A stretch of 54,140 bases of DNA, from positions 1-54,140 of the forward strand of contig CAZMNI010000001.1 of NCBI GenBank assembly GCA_964567615.1. Direction: 5' to 3'. Origin of the DNA: an uncultured Chryseobacterium sp. (GTDB lineage: Bacteria; Bacteroidota; Bacteroidia; Flavobacteriales_D; Sanyastnellaceae). Position 1 is the first letter of the stretch; the number at the start of each line of letters is the position of its first letter. A program made the position numbers and the translations under genes. This document shows positions 1 to 8,881 of the stretch, one piece after another. The notes beneath the pieces are model-generated. The model was not told where the DNA came from, searched no databases, and saw nothing but the letters and a program-made list of their open reading frames with translations.

Positions 1-845
1 CGGCGATGGAGATGAAGAGCGGTTATGGGCTTTCCGTGGAATCGGAGCTGCGGTCGATGCGGGCGATTTGGCGCTTGTCGGAGGAGTTGCCCATTCCGGT
101 AAAGGCGACGTTGCTCATGTGCCACGCGGTGCCGGAGGGCTACGATGCGGCCGCATGGACGCGGGAGGCCGTGGACCGTTTGTTGCCTGCCGTGCTGTCC
201 GAAGGCCGGGTGGACGCCGTGGATGTGTTCTGCGAAGCGGGGTACTTCGGATTGGAGGAAACCGAGGAGGTGCTGCGCGCTGCTTCACGCTTGAAGCTGC
301 GCGCCAAAATCCATGTAAACCAGTTTACTGCATTCGGTGGAGTAGCGCTTTGCGTGAAGTACGGGGCCGCATCGGTGGATCACCTCGAAATTTTGGGGGA
401 GGGCGATGTGGAGGCTTTGCAGGCCGGGCTCGCGACCGGTTCGCCCACCTTCCCGGTGGCCCTTCCTGGTTGCTCCCATTTCCTCGGGATCCCCTACACC
501 GATGGCCGGCAGCTCATCGATGCAGGCCTTCCGCTCGCACTCGCCACCGACTACAACCCCGGATCCGCGCCATGCATTCACATGCCCGTCGCGGTGGCGT
601 TGGCCATCCTCAAAATGCGGCTGCACCCGCGCGAGGCGGTATGTGCTGCAACGTTGAACGGAGCGGCAGCGCTGGGACTTTCTGACCGGGCTGGGTGCAT
701 CGCGCCAGGGCGCCTCGCAGACTTTATTCTGACGGTTCCGATGCAGGGGCTTGAGGCGCTGGGGTATCGGTTTGGTGACAGCCCTGTTCAACAAGCTTAC
801 CTCGCCGGTCGGGCCGTACCTTCGGCCCATGGAACGCATCGTTGA
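1..845 (+). CDS. hutI: imidazolonepropionase (histidine utilisation), C-terminal ~280 aa; the 5' end lies upstream of the window
   Basis: The frame is open to the window edge (ORF 6..845). It carries amidohydrolase/HutI-like blocks DAVDVFCE, IHVNQF, ASVDHLE and LATDYNPGS. It overlaps the downstream formiminotransferase gene by 17 nt. Confidence 0.85.
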   Translation, partial: AMEMKSGYGLSVESELRSMRAIWRLSEELPIPVKATLLMCHAVPEGYDAAAWTREAVDRLLPAVLSEGRVDAVDVFCEAGYFGLEETEEVLRAASRLKLRAKIHVNQFTAFGGVALCVKYGAASVDHLEILGEGDVEALQAGLATGSPTFPVALPGCSHFLGIPYTDGRQLIDAGLPLALATDYNPGSAPCIHMPVAVALAILKMRLHPREAVCAATLNGAAALGLSDRAGCIAPGRLADFILTVPMQGLEALGYRFGDSPVQQAYLAGRAVPSAHGTHR

Positions 846-2496
846 GTGTGTCCCCAACATCAGCGAGGGACGCCGGCCGGAGGTCATCCAGGCCATTGCT
901 GCTGTAGTCGAAACGGTTGAAGGCATCCGGTTGCTGGATGTCGATCCCGGTCGCAGCACAAACCGCACCGTCATCACGTTCGCTGGTCCACCGGAAGTCA
1001 TCGGGGAGGCAGCCTTTCGGCTCATTCGGGAGGCGGCGGAGCGCATTGACATGCGGACGCACACCGGAGAGCACCCGCGCATGGGCGCAACCGACGTCTG
1101 TCCTTTCGTCCCTGTGCGCGGCGTGACCATGGAGGAATGTGCAGCGATTGCCCGGGCCCTCGGTGAACGTGTGGGCCGGGAATTGGGCATTCCGGGTTAC
1201 TACTACGAGCGGGCGGCAACGCGCAATGATTTTGCGAATCTCGCCCATTGCAGAAAGGGAGAGTACGAGGGGTTAGACAAGCTTGCGCGCCCCGAGTGGG
1301 CACCAGATTTTGGCCCCGCGGAATTCAATGAGCGTGCCCGATCGACGGGGGCTGTGGCCATCGGAGCCCGGGATTTCCTTGTGGCGTATAACATCAACCT
1401 CAATACGACAAGCACGCGGTGGGCGAATGCAATCGCCTTCGATTTGCGCGAGTCGGGACGCGTGGTCAAGCATTCGGATGGCAGCTCTGAGCGGGTACCA
1501 GGTGCATTGAAGGCCGTCAAGGGCATCGGTTGGTACATCGAAGAGTACGGCATCGCGCAACTCTCCTTGAACCTCACGGACATTTCTGTGACCCCGGTAC
1601 ATGTCGCCTTTGATGAAGCCTGTGCGCGGGCAGCAGCCCGCGGGGTGCGTGTGACTGGGAGTGAACTCGTGGGCCTTGTGCCTTTGCGTGTCTTGACCGA
1701 GGCCGCGGACCACTACCTGACCCGGCAACGCAGGTCGCTGGGCATTCCTGTTGCTGAGAAGATCCACATCGCCGTGAAGTCCTTGGGACTCGATGCGTTA
1801 GGGCCGTTTAAACCCGAAGCCCGCATCATCGATTACTTGCTGGATCCTCCTACAGATGGTCCGTTGGTTTCAAAATCTCTGCGCGGATTCGCAGAAGCTA
1901 CGGCGTCGGAATCACCGGCTCCGGGAGGGGGAAGTGTTGCGGCGTATTGCGGCGCGGTCGGTGCTGCATTGGCTGGGATGGTGGCAAACCTCAGTGCGCA
2001 CAAACGCGGCTGGGAGGATCGGTGGGAGGAGTTCAGCGAGTTGGCCGTTCGGGCGCAAGGGTTGCGGGAGCATTTGCTGCGCGCTGTGGACGAAGACACC
2101 GAAGCGTTCAATGCCATTCTTGCGGCCTATGGCATGCCCACGGGCGACGAGGCCGCCAAGTCAGCGCGTGCACGGGCGATACAGGCGGCCACGGAGGGGG
2201 CTACGGCTGTTCCGTATCGGGTGGCAGAAACGGCGCTCGAGGCGATGGGCTTGGCCTTGACAGTGGCCCGCACCGGCAATCCGAATTCTGTCACAGATGC
2301 CGGAGTGGCTGCGCTTGCGTTGCGCGCTGCCGTGCGCGGTGCGGTCCTGAATGTCCGCATCAACGCTGCGGGGCTTTCAGATGGGAGAGGAGTGGACTGG
2401 GAAGTGCGGGCTGCTGCGCTGGTGGATGCGGCCGAGCGGAGCGAGCGCGAAGTGCTTGAAGCCGTCGAAGCCGTACTTCAGGCCCCGGTCGGGTGA
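829..2496 (+). CDS. ftcD: bifunctional glutamate formimidoyltransferase / formimidoyltetrahydrofolate cyclodeaminase
   Basis: ORF 751..2496. The ATG at 829 gives the canonical N-terminus MERIVECVPNISEGRR. The C-terminal ~200 aa form an Ala-rich helical cyclodeaminase-like half (SPAPGGGSVAAY). The earlier part of the ORF overlaps hutI. Confidence 0.85.
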   Translation: MERIVECVPNISEGRRPEVIQAIAAVVETVEGIRLLDVDPGRSTNRTVITFAGPPEVIGEAAFRLIREAAERIDMRTHTGEHPRMGATDVCPFVPVRGVTMEECAAIARALGERVGRELGIPGYYYERAATRNDFANLAHCRKGEYEGLDKLARPEWAPDFGPAEFNERARSTGAVAIGARDFLVAYNINLNTTSTRWANAIAFDLRESGRVVKHSDGSSERVPGALKAVKGIGWYIEEYGIAQLSLNLTDISVTPVHVAFDEACARAAARGVRVTGSELVGLVPLRVLTEAADHYLTRQRRSLGIPVAEKIHIAVKSLGLDALGPFKPEARIIDYLLDPPTDGPLVSKSLRGFAEATASESPAPGGGSVAAYCGAVGAALAGMVANLSAHKRGWEDRWEEFSELAVRAQGLREHLLRAVDEDTEAFNAILAAYGMPTGDEAAKSARARAIQAATEGATAVPYRVAETALEAMGLALTVARTGNPNSVTDAGVAALALRAAVRGAVLNVRINAAGLSDGRGVDWEVRAAALVDAAERSEREVLEAVEAVLQAPVG

Positions 2497-2521
2497 TTCA
2501 CTTCCTCGGTTGAATGGAATG

Positions 2522-2554
2522 AAAAAAGCCGGCCTGTGTAGGACCGGCTTTTTT
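2522..2554. terminator. bidirectional intrinsic terminator hairpin between convergent ftcD and rplS
   Basis: A GC stem (GCCGG 2528-2532 pairing with CCGGC 2544-2548) is flanked by A6 (2522-2527) and T6 (2549-2554). It therefore reads as stem plus U-tract on both strands. Confidence 0.6.
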
Positions 2555-2570
2555 CGTGGGCCACTGCGGC

Positions 2571-2930
2571 TCAATTCGCCACCGGGCGGCGCTTCTCGCG
2601 GATGCGCGCAGCTTTGCCCGTGAGATTCCGGAGGTAGTAAATCCGCGAACGACGCACTTTGCCGCGCTTCGTCACGAGGATTTCATCAATGAACGGGGAG
2701 GAGATAGGGAATACGCGCTCAACGCCCACCCCGCTCGACATCTTCCGCACGGTGAATGTTGCGGTGTGCCCTTCGCCCCGGCGCTGGATGACAACTCCTT
2801 GGAACTTCTGCTGACGCTCCTTGTTGCCTTCGCGGATTTTGATGGTGACCTCGATGGTGTCACCGGCCCGAAACTCCGGCCATTCTTTCGTTTCGACGAG
2901 CTTCGATGCGATGTGCTGAATGCGGTCCAT
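2571..2930 (-). CDS. rplS: 50S ribosomal protein L19
   Basis: ORF 2571..3110. The internal ATG at 2930 gives [10 protein letters not shown]...FRAGDTIEV...[14 protein letters not shown], a typical L19 of 119 aa. The upstream extension is Gly/Arg-rich with no homology signal. Confidence 0.9.
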   Translation of the reverse strand: MDRIQHIASKLVETKEWPEFRAGDTIEVTIKIREGNKERQQKFQGVVIQRRGEGHTATFTVRKMSSGVGVERVFPISSPFIDEILVTKRGKVRRSRIYYLRNLTGKAARIREKRRPVAN

Positions 2931-3046
2931 GGTGCGTCGTACTATCTCCTGCCAGATGCGTCCTGTCAGGTTTGGGGGTGCAATATTACGAAGAATCCCG
3001 ACTCCTTCGAAGGTGCCCCCCCGGTTTTTCAACGCGGAAATGTGGA

Positions 3047-3724
3047 TCAGCGGTCCAGCAAATCCGGTCGGCGCATTAGCGTCCGCTGCAATGCCTGGTC
3101 TTCTTCCCACGCTTGGATCTTTGCATGGTCGCCGCCTCGGAGCACTTCCGGCACTTCCCAGTCACCATACCGAGCCGGCCGGGTATAGACTGGAGGGGCG
3201 AGCAAACCGTCCTGGAAGCTATCGGTCAAGGCGCTCTGCTCATCTCCGAGTACCCCGGGAATCAGCCGCACCACGGCATCTACCACCACGGCGGCAGCCA
3301 ATTCGCCTCCGCTGAGTACATAATCCCCGATGGAGATTTCACGCGTAATCAGGTGGTCGCGTACCCTTTGGTCCACCCCTTTGTAGTGCCCACAGAGGAC
3401 AATCAAATTGCCTCCGATGCTCATTCTGTTTGCATGGGCTTGGGAAAAGACTTCGCCGTCCGGGCTCATGTAGATCACCTCATCGTACGGGCGCTCTGAG
3501 CGCAGGCGTTGAATGGCCGCTTCGATGGGCTGGATGGTCATCACCATGCCCGCCGCACCACCGAAGGGTGCATCGTCCACTTTGCGGTGTTTGTCGGTGC
3601 TGAAGTCCCGGAGGTTGTGCACATGGATGTCTACCAACCCCTTGTCCCGGGCCCGGCGAACGATGCTCGCATCGAACGGGCCAGTCAGCAACTCGGGAAC
3701 GGCGGTGAGCAAATCGATGCGCAT
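3047..3724 (-). CDS. trmD: tRNA (guanine37-N1)-methyltransferase
   Basis: ORF 3047..3790. The ATG at 3724 gives [13 protein letters not shown]...[14 protein letters not shown]...[12 protein letters not shown]...[14 protein letters not shown]. It lies upstream of rplS, as in most bacteria. Confidence 0.9.
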   Translation of the reverse strand: MRIDLLTAVPELLTGPFDASIVRRARDKGLVDIHVHNLRDFSTDKHRKVDDAPFGGAAGMVMTIQPIEAAIQRLRSERPYDEVIYMSPDGEVFSQAHANRMSIGGNLIVLCGHYKGVDQRVRDHLITREISIGDYVLSGGELAAAVVVDAVVRLIPGVLGDEQSALTDSFQDGLLAPPVYTRPARYGDWEVPEVLRGGDHAKIQAWEEDQALQRTLMRRPDLLDR

Positions 3725-3732
3725 GGCAGGCG

Positions 3733-3740
3733 CGAAGGTA
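3733..3740 (-). promoter_or_regulatory. putative -7 promoter box TACCTTCG (TAnnTT[T/C]G class), 8 nt upstream of the trmD ATG
   Basis: The plus strand reads CGAAGGTA. This is an exact member of the recurrent 8-mer that also occurs at 3757, 10743, 23555, 23575 and 48321. Confidence 0.45.
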
Positions 3741-3756
3741 CGGCCGCAGGAACTGC

Positions 3757-3764
3757 TACCTTCG
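3757..3764 (+). promoter_or_regulatory. putative -7 promoter box TACCTTCG, 6 nt upstream of the ppc ATG
   Basis: Exact 8-mer. With 3733..3740 it forms a perfect inverted repeat separated by 16 nt, inside the 46-nt trmD/ppc divergent spacer. Confidence 0.45.
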
Positions 3765-3770
3765 TGCGGC

Positions 3771-6167
3771 ATGGCCACAGGGGATCGCAAGGACTACGGA
3801 GCGCTTGTCGCAGGTCCGTTTCAGGTGTTCAGCGGCATCTTTTTGACCTTGCCGCTGGACGGCATTCGTTCCACGGGATTGCGCGTTCCCGAGTTGGCTT
3901 CGGCTTGTGCAACGGGACTGGATGCGGGCCGAAGTCCCGAGGAGATATTGGACGAATACTGCAGTCGACAACAGCTTGAAACGCCTGAAGATCAAGCAGA
4001 ATTGTTGTTTCGGGTGATCCAATACATCGAGCGGCAAGTGGTCCTGGTGGATGCGTTGGAAGACGCCCGCTACACCGACTTGAACGATGTGCAGGGCCCC
4101 GCTTCCTTCCAAGCACTGCTGGTGCGAGCACGCAAGGCGCGCACGGAAGAAGAAGTGAAGCGCTTCATTTCTGGAATGGGGATACGCGTGGTGCTCACCG
4201 CCCACCCGGCGCAGGCCTATCCCGGGAGTGCGCTCGACATTGTGGCGGATGTTTCGCGCGCACTCGACCGGGATGAATTGTCGGAAGTACGCCGGTACTT
4301 GCACCAACTCGGTTTGACACCCCTGGTGCGCTCGGGCACGTTGTCTCCTCTCGAAGAGGCGGAACGCCAAGCGTGGTACCTCGAACATGTGTTTTACAAG
4401 GCGGTTCCGGATTTGCTGCTGCGCATCGGAACGGCGCTGGACGATCCGGGCGCGGCGACCTTGCCGGACGATTTGTTCCAGGTGGGATTTTGGCCCGGTG
4501 GAGACCGGGAAGGCACGCCGGAAGTCGGCGTCCAAGAGACCTTGGCGGTAGCGGCGATGCTGCAGTCCACCCTGCTCAGGTGCTACCGTGCGGAGTTTGC
4601 GGGATTGCGGCGGCGTATCAGTTTCAAAGGCGCACAGCCTTTGCTCGATGCCGTAGAAGCGCGGTTGAACGCACCACGCTTCGATGCCGAGCGCCTGGCG
4701 GCTACGTTGTTCCGGTTGGAAGAGGCGGTGGCCGGGCCTGGGCACGGGTTGTACCTCGACCGTGTGCGTCGATTCCGGGCAGCTGTTCGGCTGTTCGGAC
4801 GGCATTTTGCCTCTTTGGACATTCGCCAAGATGCGGAAGTGGTGCTGCGTGCACATCACCTGTTCGCTTCGGGCATACCCCTGGAGGCGTGGACGCCGGA
4901 GACGCGGGATGTGGTGGAAGTGTTGCGCGCGATGGCGACTGTGGCGAAGCGCAACGGGCCGCGCGGATGCCACCGGTTCGTTTTGAGCCATTGCGCCGGT
5001 CCTGAAGCTGTCTGGGCGGTGTGGGACCTTGCGCGTTCCGCGGCTGAAGAAGCAGTTCATGGACTCGATGTGGTTCCGGTCTTCGAATCGTGGGAAGCCT
5101 TGCAGGGAGCTGGGGAGACGTTGCGTGCCTTGCTTTCCCATGCGGGATACAAAGGCCACGTAGGGGAGCGAGGGGGCCAAACGGTCATGCTCGGCTTCGC
5201 AGACGGCACATTCGATGCCGGTTACCTCGGAGCGAACTGGTCCATTTACCGAGCGAAACGCGAGATGACCGCCGAGGCCCGCCGACAAGGCATTGAAGTC
5301 ACCTTCTTCGATGGCAGGGGAGGTCCCCCAGCCCGGGGAGGAATGAACACCCACCGCTACTACGCTTCGCTCGGACCCGAAGTGTCCCACCGTTCAATCC
5401 AAACCAACCTTCAAGGCCAAACCATCAGTTCGAACTTTGGCGTCCCCGAATCCGCCGCATTCAACCTCGAAGCCATGCTCACTGCAGGGGCTTCCTGTTA
5501 CTTGAATGCCTTATCGGCGCGGGAAGAAGACGCCGAAGCCGAAAAACTGCTCGACGCCATGGCAGATCGGTCCCGCGAAGTGTACCTCGCCCTCCTCGCA
5601 CTTCCCGCTTTCGGTGAGTTTTTGCAGGCGTACGGTGCAGCGGATTTTTTCGAGCGGACGGCCCACGGGCTGCGCGGAATCGCGTTCAACGGGGCATGGT
5701 CCATGGCCCGCATGAACGTCCCTGGCTTCTACGGACTCGGCACGGCACTGGAAGAACTGGTAGCTTCGAGCGGGTTGCAAGTGGCCACACGGCTTTACAC
5801 CGACCATGCGTTGTTCCGGGCTTTGGTGGACAACAGCATGCAGAGCATGGCCAAATGCGATTTCCGCCTGACCCACGCAGCAGCGGCACATCCGACTTTT
5901 GCAGCCATCCGAGAGGCGGTTCGGACCGAGTTTGAACGGACGGAACGCTGGGTACTTGCCATCAGCGGGCAGCAGCGTTTGCTCGAGCACAGCCCGTTGC
6001 TGCGCGATTCCATCGCACTCCGCAATGCCATCATCCTTCCCTTGCTGGTCATTTTGCACGCATCGCTTGCCCGGGCGGGACGTGAGGAAGAAGGGGATTC
6101 AATCCACCGCCGGCTCGCTGCCCGCGCCATGTTCGGGATTGTCAACGCCAGCCGCAACGCAGGCTGA
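3771..6167 (+). CDS. ppc: phosphoenolpyruvate carboxylase
   Basis: ORF 3513..6167. The ATG at 3771 lies just past the trmD start. Motifs seen are VLTAHPAQ (TAHPTE-like), [12 protein letters not shown] (FHGRGG..GRGG-like) and the C-terminal VNASRNAG (NTG-like end). Confidence 0.85.
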   Translation: MATGDRKDYGALVAGPFQVFSGIFLTLPLDGIRSTGLRVPELASACATGLDAGRSPEEILDEYCSRQQLETPEDQAELLFRVIQYIERQVVLVDALEDARYTDLNDVQGPASFQALLVRARKARTEEEVKRFISGMGIRVVLTAHPAQAYPGSALDIVADVSRALDRDELSEVRRYLHQLGLTPLVRSGTLSPLEEAERQAWYLEHVFYKAVPDLLLRIGTALDDPGAATLPDDLFQVGFWPGGDREGTPEVGVQETLAVAAMLQSTLLRCYRAEFAGLRRRISFKGAQPLLDAVEARLNAPRFDAERLAATLFRLEEAVAGPGHGLYLDRVRRFRAAVRLFGRHFASLDIRQDAEVVLRAHHLFASGIPLEAWTPETRDVVEVLRAMATVAKRNGPRGCHRFVLSHCAGPEAVWAVWDLARSAAEEAVHGLDVVPVFESWEALQGAGETLRALLSHAGYKGHVGERGGQTVMLGFADGTFDAGYLGANWSIYRAKREMTAEARRQGIEVTFFDGRGGPPARGGMNTHRYYASLGPEVSHRSIQTNLQGQTISSNFGVPESAAFNLEAMLTAGASCYLNALSAREEDAEAEKLLDAMADRSREVYLALLALPAFGEFLQAYGAADFFERTAHGLRGIAFNGAWSMARMNVPGFYGLGTALEELVASSGLQVATRLYTDHALFRALVDNSMQSMAKCDFRLTHAAAAHPTFAAIREAVRTEFERTERWVLAISGQQRLLEHSPLLRDSIALRNAIILPLLVILHASLARAGREEEGDSIHRRLAARAMFGIVNASRNAG

Positions 6168-6174
6168 ACGCAAC

Positions 6175-6204
6175 AGCGGCCGCCCCTGTCGCAGGAACGG
6201 CCGC
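6175..6204. terminator. GC-rich hairpin between convergent ppc and the S46 peptidase gene
   Basis: GCGGCCG (6175-6181) pairs with CGGCCGC (6198-6204), with inner CCTG/CAGG pairing. There is no clear U-tract, so its terminator function is uncertain. Confidence 0.35.
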
Positions 6205-6224
6205 CGCTTGTGCGCCTGTGCCCC

Positions 6225-8384
6225 TCAGTTCCGGAGGTTCACAAAGTCCATTTCGTCGATGAGGTTCGATGCACCGGCCAAACGATCGAGTACCCACATG
6301 ACATACCGGATATCCACAGAAATCGTCCGCTGCAGGTCTGGCTCGAAGGCGATGTCACCGCTCATGGCTTCCCAGTTGCCGTCGAATGCACAGCCGATCA
6401 AATCGCCGTTTGCATCGAGCACAGGGCTACCGGAGTTGCCTCCTGTGATATCCGTGCCGTGGATAAAGCACACGTGCAATGTACCGTCCGCATCGGCCCA
6501 GCGGCCGAAATCTCCACCGCGGAGCTTCGCCTCCAAATCAGCCGGCACCACGAACTCGGGATTCGAATTGTCCATCTTCTCGAGGATGCCCGCATGGGTA
6601 GTGAAATGACCGTACTGGACGGCATCCATCGGGTCGTAGGCAGCAACTTTCCCGAAGGTCAACCGCATGGTGGAATTCGCGTCCGGAGCAAAGGTTGTTC
6701 CCGACTTCATTTCCCGTAATCCTTTGACGAACAAACGGTAACCGCGATCGAAGTCCGCTTGAGCCGGATTTGCCATGGTCGCGAGGTAGGTTTCGAGCAG
6801 GCTCGTGGCTGCCGCCACGGCCAAATCCTTCCCGAGCACTTTCTGAGATGGTTTGTTCAAAAATGCCTGGAATTTCTCCGGTGAAACCAGGAAACTCTTG
6901 CCGTACATGGCCTCGGCGTATGCCGCAAAATCGCCGTCGTACTTTGCATCAACGGTGGCGAAGAAGCTGGGATGCTGTTCTGCAGGGATGTCTGCCTTGA
7001 ATTTGGCCATCAAGCGCACGAACAAATCCCGGTCCGTCGCGAGGTCATATTCTTTAAAGTGCTTGTCTGCTAACTCTTGGAGCCGTGCCTTTGCAGCTTC
7101 TCGCTCGCTGGCATCTTCGCTGAACAGCCCCGGTGCCGAGCGGTTTACCCGAACGGCAAATAGCGTGATGTCCGAGCCGATCAAGCCGGCCTCAAGGGCA
7201 TACACTTCTCCGCGCACGTGCGCATCGGTGGCATCGTAGAACCGGTTGATCATGGCCAGCGCTTCCCCGTATTCCGCCTTGCGAGCGTCCGAGGCATTCA
7301 CCCATGCGGTAAACTCAGCTTCGAGCGCGGCCTTTTCCTCCGCGATGCCGAGTCGGCGCAAGCCCTTCGACTGGCCGATGTAGTACTTCCAGTAGTTCGC
7401 GGTCGAGGCATACTTCGCTGCATACTGAATGCGCACAGCTTTGTCCGCGTCCATGTGCTCTTTCATCGTACGCAACTTCAGGTCGCGGACTTCCACGACC
7501 GAAGGATTGTAGGCATCGAGCGCCTGACGTACCCCGCGCGAGCTCAAGAACCGGTCCGTGCTGCCGGGGTAACCCATGACCATTGTGAAGTCTCCGGGCT
7601 TTACCCCGCCAGCGTTGATGCGCAGGTGGCGCTTCGGCTGATACGGGACATTGTCCTTGCTGTAATCCGCGGGCTCGTTGTCTGGCCCGGCATAAATGCG
7701 CAGCATGGAGAAATCTCCGGTGTGCCGCGGCCACATCCAGTTGTCTGTGTCGCCGCCGTATTTGCCGACGCTCTCGGGCGGAGCGGCTACCAACCGCACA
7801 TCGCGGTAGGTCTTGTATTCGAACAGATAGTACTCATTGCCATAGAAAAAACTCTTCACGTCGAGTTCTTTCTTTTTGTCTGGATTCCGCGCTTCGAGGA
7901 GTTTTTTTCGGTTTGCAGCGATGGCCTCTTCACGTTCGGCCTCACCCAAATCCGGACTGACGCCTTCAAGCATCTCAGCGGTCACATCGTCCACGCGCAC
8001 GAGGAAGCTGATGACAAAGTCCTCGATGTGCATTTCTTGCCCGAGGGATTTGGCATAGAACCCGTCCGTGAGGTAATCGTGCTCCACCGAGCTGAACCCT
8101 TGGATGGCGTCGTAAGCGCAATGGTGGTTCGTCAATACGAGCCCCTGGGATGATATCACCTCGCCGGTGCACATGCCTCCGTTGAGGCGCACGATGGCGT
8201 CCTTGAGCGAGGCGTTGTTGATGTCGTAGATGTCCGCTGCGGTCAATCGGAAGCCGGCCCGTTGCAGGTCGCTTTCGTTTAACTTCTTGAGCATGTGGAC
8301 CATCCACATGCCCTCATCGGCATGGGACATGCCCCACACCCCCCAAAGCAGGAGGGACAGAGCAAAGGAGCGAAGGATGCGCAT
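6225..8384 (-). CDS. S46 family serine dipeptidyl-peptidase (DPP7/DPP11-like), secreted
   Basis: It has a signal peptide (MRILRSFALSLLLWGVWGMSHA) followed by the family-typical DEGMWM, then TNHHC and the catalytic-serine block GGNSGSPV near the C-terminus. Confidence 0.8.
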   Translation of the reverse strand: MRILRSFALSLLLWGVWGMSHADEGMWMVHMLKKLNESDLQRAGFRLTAADIYDINNASLKDAIVRLNGGMCTGEVISSQGLVLTNHHCAYDAIQGFSSVEHDYLTDGFYAKSLGQEMHIEDFVISFLVRVDDVTAEMLEGVSPDLGEAEREEAIAANRKKLLEARNPDKKKELDVKSFFYGNEYYLFEYKTYRDVRLVAAPPESVGKYGGDTDNWMWPRHTGDFSMLRIYAGPDNEPADYSKDNVPYQPKRHLRINAGGVKPGDFTMVMGYPGSTDRFLSSRGVRQALDAYNPSVVEVRDLKLRTMKEHMDADKAVRIQYAAKYASTANYWKYYIGQSKGLRRLGIAEEKAALEAEFTAWVNASDARKAEYGEALAMINRFYDATDAHVRGEVYALEAGLIGSDITLFAVRVNRSAPGLFSEDASEREAAKARLQELADKHFKEYDLATDRDLFVRLMAKFKADIPAEQHPSFFATVDAKYDGDFAAYAEAMYGKSFLVSPEKFQAFLNKPSQKVLGKDLAVAAATSLLETYLATMANPAQADFDRGYRLFVKGLREMKSGTTFAPDANSTMRLTFGKVAAYDPMDAVQYGHFTTHAGILEKMDNSNPEFVVPADLEAKLRGGDFGRWADADGTLHVCFIHGTDITGGNSGSPVLDANGDLIGCAFDGNWEAMSGDIAFEPDLQRTISVDIRYVMWVLDRLAGASNLIDEMDFVNLRN

Positions 8385-8398
8385 GATTTGAAAAAGGG

Positions 8399-8881
8399 TT
8401 AGTGTTCAGGGGTATTTGCGGAAGTCATGGACTCCCATGCTGCGGTTTCAAGGAGGAGGTAGAAAGACGCTTTGAGGGCACTCAAGTCCGGACCGCCGTA
8501 ACGCTGCTCTACGGTATGGGAACCGATGGTGTACTTTGTGCTGGGCAGGTCCATCACCCGAGGATTGTCGTACCGTGCATCCAAGGTCTCAAACGCAACG
8601 TGTTCCGCAGCACGGACGACGGCCGTCCGGAGTTCGCGGGAAATCTTAGCGCGGTAGGTGCCTGCAGTCAAGTGGACGAGTGGACCTTCGGCAAACGGCT
8701 TGCGCACGGTGAGCAAAGCATCTCCCGAAGCAGATACGTCGAACACAAACACCGCACACGGTCCGAAGCAAGGTGTCTGTTCAAACCTTAGTGGGACATC
8801 GTGCCCCGCATCGCCACGATGCGAAGCGCATGCAGCTGCGCCGCACAGGCAGAGGAGAAGGGCAAAGGCCGTGCCGTTCAT
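8399..8881 (-). CDS. small lipoprotein of unknown function (DUF6438-like TPCFGPC motif)
   Basis: It has a lipoprotein-type signal (LLLCLCGAAAC). Its ATG overlaps the yidC stop (ATGA at 8878-8881). No catalytic motif was recognised. Confidence 0.55.
   Translation of the reverse strand: MNGTAFALLLCLCGAAACASHRGDAGHDVPLRFEQTPCFGPCAVFVFDVSASGDALLTVRKPFAEGPLVHLTAGTYRAKISRELRTAVVRAAEHVAFETLDARYDNPRVMDLPSTKYTIGSHTVEQRYGGPDLSALKASFYLLLETAAWESMTSANTPEH

Noticed and set aside
3733-3764. Reading the TACCTTCG / CGAAGGTA boxes as Shine-Dalgarno sites.
   Set aside because: On the mRNA the sequence would be UACCUUCG, which resembles the 16S 3' tail rather than its complement. Distances to the start codons (4-8 nt from the box end, or 30-plus nt for the complementary orientation) do not fit SD spacing. 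Bacteroidota largely lack SD-led initiation.
3756-5390. 544-aa ORF on the minus strand, entirely inside ppc.
   Set aside because: It runs antisense to a PEPC gene with clear family motifs. Its translation is Arg/Gly/Pro/His-rich with no recognisable motif. Long stop-free antisense frames are expected in GC-rich DNA.
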